In this document: one piece after another, positions 56,553-64,000 of the stretch
Layout: each line of letters opens with the position of its first letter
Position numbering within the stretch: position 1 is the first letter of the stretch
Source of the DNA: the human T2T-CHM13v2.0 reference genome, Homo sapiens
Length of the DNA: 64,000 nt
Assembly (NCBI RefSeq): GCF_009914755.1
Contig: NC_060927.1
Strand: one strand, 5' to 3'
Notes under the pieces: generated by a model
What the model was told of the DNA's origin: nothing
What the model saw: only the letters and a program-made list of their open reading frames with translations
Databases searched by the model: none
Position numbers and translations under genes: made by a program

Positions 56553-57884
56553 TTTTTAAAAAATTCGTGGCATACAAAATGATGTTTTCAAATATGTATA
56601 CATTTTGGAATGGCTAAATCACGCTAATTAATGTATGCATTTCCTCACGTTTATCATTTATTTGTGGTGAGAACACTTAAAATCTCCTCCCTTAGCAATT
56701 TTCAAGTGTACAATACATCGTTATTAACTAGAGTCACCATGTTGTACAACAGATCTCTTGAACTTATTTCTCCTAGCTTAAACTCTGTATCCTTTAAGCA
56801 ACGTCTTTCTAATCTCTTCTGGACCTGCAGCCCCAGCTCATGGTAACCATCATTGTACTCTCTGCTTCTTTGAGTTCAAGGTATTTTAGATTCAGTATAT
56901 AAATGAGATCATGTAGTATTTGTCTTTCTATACGTGGCATATTTCACTAAGCATAATGACCTCCAGTTTCATCCATGTTGTGGCAAATGACAGGATTATC
57001 TTCTTTTTTAAGGCTGAATAGTATTTCATTGTGTATGTATACCACATTTTCTTTATTCATTTGTCTGTTGTTGGACACTTAGGTTAATTCTGTATCTTGG
57101 CTATTATGAATAATGCTGCAATGAAAATGGGAGTGCATATATCTCTTTAAGATACTGATTTCATTCCTTTGGATATATACCCAGTATTAGGACTTCCAGA
57201 TCATATGGTACTTCTATTTTTAATTTTTTTAAAGAACTTCCCTACTGTTTTCCATAGTGGCTATAATGATTTACATTTGCACCAACAGTGTGCAGGGGTT
57301 CCTTTTTTTTCACATCCTTGCCAAAATTTCTTTGTTGTTGTTTTTTTTAAAATAGCCCTTCTAATAGGTGTGGTTTTAATTTGCATTTTCCTAATGATTA
57401 GCAATATTGAGCATATTTTCATATAACTGTTGGCCTTTTGTATGTCTTTTCCTGAGAAAAGTTCATTCTGGTCATCTGTTTTAAAAATCAGGTTATTTAA
57501 TTTCTTGTTATTGAGTTGTTTATGTATTTATTGTTGTTACTGAGTTGAGTTTATGTATTTTGCATATTAACTCCTTATCAGATGTATGATTTGCAAATAT
57601 TTTCTCCCATTCTGTAGATTGTCTCTTGATTCTGTTGATTGTTCCTTTTCTGTGCAGAGCTTTTAAATTTGATATAATTCAATTTATCTGTTTTTGCTTT
57701 TGTTGCCTGTGCTTTGGAGTCATATCCAAAAACATCATTGTCCAGACCAATGTCATGGAGCTTTCCCCTATGTTTTCTTTTAGAGTTACATAATTTCAGT
57801 TCTTACATTTAAGTCTTTATTCATTTTGAATTTGTTTGTATATGGTGTAACATAAAGATCTAATTTTATTCTTCTGCATGTGGA
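56553..57884 (-). mobile_element. L1MA (L1MA6/7-like) 3' fragment
   Basis: gaatggctaaatc..gtggtgagaacacttaaaatct..ttcatccatgttgtggcaaatgacagg..attcttctgcatgtgga. Confidence 0.88.
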
Positions 57885-58768
57885 AAAGGAATTTTTATCT
57901 TTGATAAAATTTTCATGATTCTTTTTCTATCTTCTAGAACATTAATTATAGTAATTTAAAAATCCCTGTATACCTGAATTATCTCTGGAATTATTTCCAT
58001 TGTCTGTTATTTTTCTCTTTTTCTGTCTCTCTCTCTCTCTCTCTGTCATTTGTTCTTTTTTGGTCATTTAGTTCTCATTTTAAAAAAGGAAAAGCGGGTG
58101 TCAGAATTTTGTTTAAATATAGATGTTGCTTATTAAAGATTGTTCATGTCATTTTCCTCAAAATAAGATTTTCTTTTCACAGGCAAACAGTATCAGCAAA
58201 CCAACTTAATGCTGACCATAGTTTATTTTAGGCTTTGTTAAGGTGGCATATTTCAATTTTGCCCTCAATCCTGAGGTCTAGCCTTTATTCCTAAAACAGC
58301 TTTTCTGGAGTCTCAGCTCAAACCATAGTATGTTTACCAAGGCTCTTCCTATTTAGCAGAGCCTGAGCTCCAGCCTCCATCTCCCCAACACCACGTGACT
58401 GCTGAAATCTCTATCCTGTAATTTAGCCTTCTAGGTGCTATTTTAATCTGTTTCTTAGAGTACTACCCCTTGCTGTTCAAGTTAGGAGTTGGCTAATGCC
58501 TTAAAGGGAACATCAATGCAGTTTACTTCTCTCTGGTATTATATTCCTCAAATCCCTTATGCTTTGGTTTACCTGAACTTCTCTGTCTCCTTAGTTGGTA
58601 AGGATGGTCCTTTCTCATCTCTTCTATTCTATCTTACAATGAAATAGCAAGTGCCTGCAGAAAAACTCCTAGCCAAATGTGATGCTCTCATTGGTGCACT
58701 TCTCTTTTCTTAGGGATCACGTCCTTCAAGTCTTAAAGTTGATTTCTCTCAAATTCCTTCAAGAAGTT

Positions 58769-59136
58769 TCATATGGTTTGACTGTGTATCTCATCTTGAA
58801 TTGTAGTTCCCATAATCCCCACATATCATGGGAAGGACCAGGTGGAGATAATTGAATCATGGGGGCAGTTTCGCTCATCCTGTTCTTGTGATAGTGAGTT
58901 AATTCTCATAAGATCTGATGGTTTCATAAGGGGCTTCCCCTTTCACTGGACACTCATTCTTCCTCTCCCTGCTGCCATGTAAAGAAGGACGTGTTTGCTT
59001 CCCCTTCTGCCATGATTGTAAGTTTTCTGAGACCTCCCCAGCCATGCTGAACTGTGACTTAATTAAACTTAATTCCTTTATAAATTACCCAGTCTCAGGT
59101 ATGTTTTTATTAGCGGCATGAGAACAGACTAATGCC
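58769..59136 (+). mobile_element. THE1C/D-type solo LTR
   Basis: atatggtttg..tctcatcttgaattgtagttcccataatcccc..gaaggacgtgtttgcttccccttc..ataaattacccagtctc..gaacagactaat. Near-TSD aagtt/cagtt. Confidence 0.92.
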
Positions 59137-59731
59137 CAGTTATTTTACTAATTTTGTCCAGTTTGATAATTACTTTTGATTGGAGGGTTAGTTCAATATA
59201 AGTTACTTCATTATGGCTGGAACCAAAAGTATTGCTTCTTTTCAAAGAGGACTCCTTATGAGTTACATTTTAAAGGCAGATGGGACCTTCATTGTTTTAT
59301 ACTTCCTGATGTTTTATCCCTCAAAACTTCTATTTATATATAACTGAGAGTCTAGGGGATACTATGCCCTCTAAGGGCTAGATAAGTTTGGACCTCTGTT
59401 TCTATAAGTTTGTACCTAGGGGAAAAGTCTTGTGCACTCCCCAAGCATACTGTGACTTTCAGGGGAACTTGTATTCTGATGATTACATTATGGATTCCTG
59501 TTCTCTACCCTGGTGTCAGACTAACTGTAGAAGCAAGCCCCTTTCCTTGATTTTCACAGACAAAACCAAAAATATCCAGTCACACAGGATTTTCTGTGGT
59601 TAAAGGCTTTGTGGAAATTTAAGTGATGGGTTGTGGGAGGAGGAACATTTGCAAAATGGAAATGTACACAACATAAATGTAACTTATCTATACATCCTTA
59701 TTTTTAAAAGTCATGTGGCCACTCTGCCATG

Positions 59732-61310
<1,579 letters not shown>

Positions 61311-61489
61311 ACCTATATAATGATAATTCATTGCAAAAGTTTCAGAGTAGTCCTATGCATTAAGTTAACACAAATATAAATAAACATAATTGAATGCAAA
61401 AGTTTCATACTAGTAGTATGCATAAAGTTAATAGAGGACAAAATGGAAGAATATATCCATAATGTCTAAACCCATAAGGGTTTGGTCAA

Positions 61490-62865
61490 AAAGTAAAAAG
61501 TATTACTGTTAGAAAAATGGGCAAAATATATGTACAGGCAATGTGTAGATGAAGAAACACAAAAGACAACAAGCAGATAAAAAATATGCTCAAAAACATT
61601 AGAAATATAAAAATGAAAATAAAAAACAAAGGCGTAAACTTTTAAATTCTTAGAATACCAACCTTATGGAGAAGATTAATAAAAGTGTATAGGAACTTAT
61701 GCAGTTATTGGTGGAGAATATAGTCTTGTGTATCCATTTTGCAGAAAAATATGTCACTACTTAGTCCATTTAAATATATATACAGCCTATGACCTCTCAA
61801 TTTCAAAGTGTATCCAAAAATTTTACATACAGGTCTATAACGGGGATTGTATGGGGATGTTCATTGTAGCTCTGCTTATTGTGGACAAGAGTTAAAAGCA
61901 ACCTGGGTATTCATCACTGGAAGACCAGGTTCAATAAAATATGGTGCATAACAGAATTCTGTATAGCAGTGACAGTATATGTAAGTATGTAAAATGTAGG
62001 ATTTATTGACAAGATAAGAAACAGAATGATATCTGAAACAATACCGCTTGCGTAAATTAAAATGTACTCAAATCAGTGTACAATTTCCTAAGCTAATTAT
62101 AAACTAAAATACCAGAGGACTTTCTGTACATTGAAATACCAAAGACTGTCAATACCTAAGACAGTCCAGAAGAAGAACAAAATTTGAGGATTTATGCTGT
62201 CACACTAACAAAACTTTAGAAACTAAACCTACAGTAATTCAACCAAAGAGGTATGAATGCAAGGCTGTACAATTTCAATAGAACAGGTTCCACAAACAGG
62301 CCCACACTTTATGGTCACCTGATTTATCACAAGTTGCTATAGTGAAAAAAATGGCAGTTTAGACTATCAATTAATGATGATGTATTAACTTAAAGCTTAC
62401 ATGGAAGAAAATAAACCGTGGCCTAAAAGTTGGCCCATGAGATACTTAAAACTCAATTCCAGATGGATTGCAGACCTAAACGAAAGAAAAAACAATAAAG
62501 TTTCTAGAAGAAAACATTGCAGAATATCATTATGACCTTGGAATAGCAAATATTTCTTGAGGAGGACATGGACTGTAATAACAATAAAGGAAAGAGAAAT
62601 TTACTAAAATGAGGAACTTTTATTCATCAAAAGACAGCAGTAACAGAATAAAAAGGGAAGCTGAAGAATGGGAGAAGATATTTGCATCACATATATTTGA
62701 AAAAGAAAGAATATCCCGAATGTATTAAAACTCCTAAAAATAAGTAAGAAAAAGACATATACTTCAGTTTTTAAAATGAGGAAAACGATCAGGCACTTTT
62801 CAAGTGGCTGATATCCAAATGGCCACTTGCCATTATCCAAATGGCATATCCAAATGGCCAACAGT
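61490..62865 (+). mobile_element. Ancient L1M/L1ME fragments
   Basis: aaaaatgggcaaa, gatgttcattgtagc, gaagaacaaaatt, aattccagatggattgcagacctaaa, gaatgggagaagatatttgca. Probably two pieces. Confidence 0.65.
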
Positions 62866-63193
62866 TTGATCATTTACTTCTTGTACACCTCTTCCCTCCT
62901 CAGTCTTTTATCTAAGTTAGTAAATGACATCATCATCTACTCTATTGCTCATAGTAAAATAATTTAATAAATTATAGTGAGAATGATATGATTAGTATCA
63001 AGATAAGTAATTGAGATTAGCAGAAATAGCACCCAAGATGCCAAAATAATTAAAAGGAAATATGAATAGGTAACTCAAGAAAAGTTTTGAAGGCATTACT
63101 TAGAAGATTTTCTTTTCTTTTATTCTGCTTCTCTATATTTCAATAATGCTGGAGAAATCTTTAGCAATTCATAAGTTTTACTTGTCAACTTAA

Positions 63194-64000
63194 GGAAGAA
63201 GATGCCATCTAGGAATTTCATAGCTAGAGAAGTCAGTGCCTGGCTTCAAATCTTCAAAGGACAGACTGATTCTCATTAGGAGCTAATGTAGCTGGTGACT
63301 TTAAGTTGAGGCTAATGCTCATTTGTCATTCCAAAAATCCTAGGGCCCTTAAGAAGTATGCTAAATCTTTTCTGCCTGTACTCTATAAATGGAACAACAA
63401 AGCCTAGATGTAGTACATCTGTTTACAGTATGGTTTACTGAATATTTTAAGCCCACTGTTGAGACCTAGTGCTCAGAATAAAAGATTCCTTTCAAAATAT
63501 TACTGCTCATTCATTGACAGTATACCTTGTTACCCAAGAGCTCTGATGGAGATATGCAAGGATATTAATGCAGTTCTCATGCCTGCTAACACAACATCTA
63601 TTCTGTAGCCCATAGATGAGGTGTAATTTCAACTTTCAAGTCTTATTATTGAAGAAATATATTTTGTAAAGCTATAGCTGCCATAGATAGTGATTTCTTT
63701 GATGGACCTGGATGAATTAAGTTGAAAACACTCTGGAAAAATTTTGGCATTCTAGATGCCATTAAGAATATGTGTGATTCCTGGGAGGAGGTCCAAATAT
63801 CAACATTAACAGGAGTTTGGAAGAAGTTGACTTTAATCCTCATGGATGACTGAGGGGTTCCAAACTTAAATGAAGGAAGTCAGTGCAGATCTGGTGGAGA
63901 TAGCAAAAGAATTAGAATTAGAAGTGGAGCCTGAAGATGTGACTGAATTGCTGCAATTTTATGATAAAACTTTAACATATAAGAAGTTGCTTCTTTATTT
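63194..64000 (+). mobile_element. Tigger1 transposase-region fragment (runs off the window end)
   Basis: ggaagaagatgccatctagg..cctggcttcaaa..aatcctagggcccttaagaa..ctctataaatggaacaacaaagcc..gaagtggagcctgaagatgtgactgaattgctgcaat. Confidence 0.92.

Overview
This is AT-rich primate (most likely human) genomic DNA lying entirely inside the KCNH8 (Kv12.1/ELK) potassium-channel gene on the + strand. Four internal coding exons (36239-36436, 48181-48380, 49230-49479, 54837-55051; probably exons 8-11, numbering from memory) splice into one open frame. They encode the turret, pore helix, SVGFG filter, S6, C-linker and cyclic-nucleotide-binding homology domain (CNBHD). The rest is intron filled with decayed transposons: a near full-length sense L1, several truncated L1s, three Alus, THE1/MLT1/LTR33 LTRs, MADE1, MER2, MER102, MER5A, Tigger1 and MIRs. 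Subfamily labels come from recalled consensus sequences and need RepeatMasker confirmation. I see no new protein-coding system. The best leads are all hypotheses: (1) a candidate poison cryptic exon next to a (UG)23 tract; (2) a stop-free, in-frame exon 8-10 circle flanked by inverted Alus; (3) a possible hERG-USO-like intronic polyadenylation isoform; (4) a possible ancient L1 3' transduction; (5) a homeodomain motif cluster that may be an enhancer. A twin-primed L1 with a perfect 18-bp TSD and several templated-insertion scars are directly visible.
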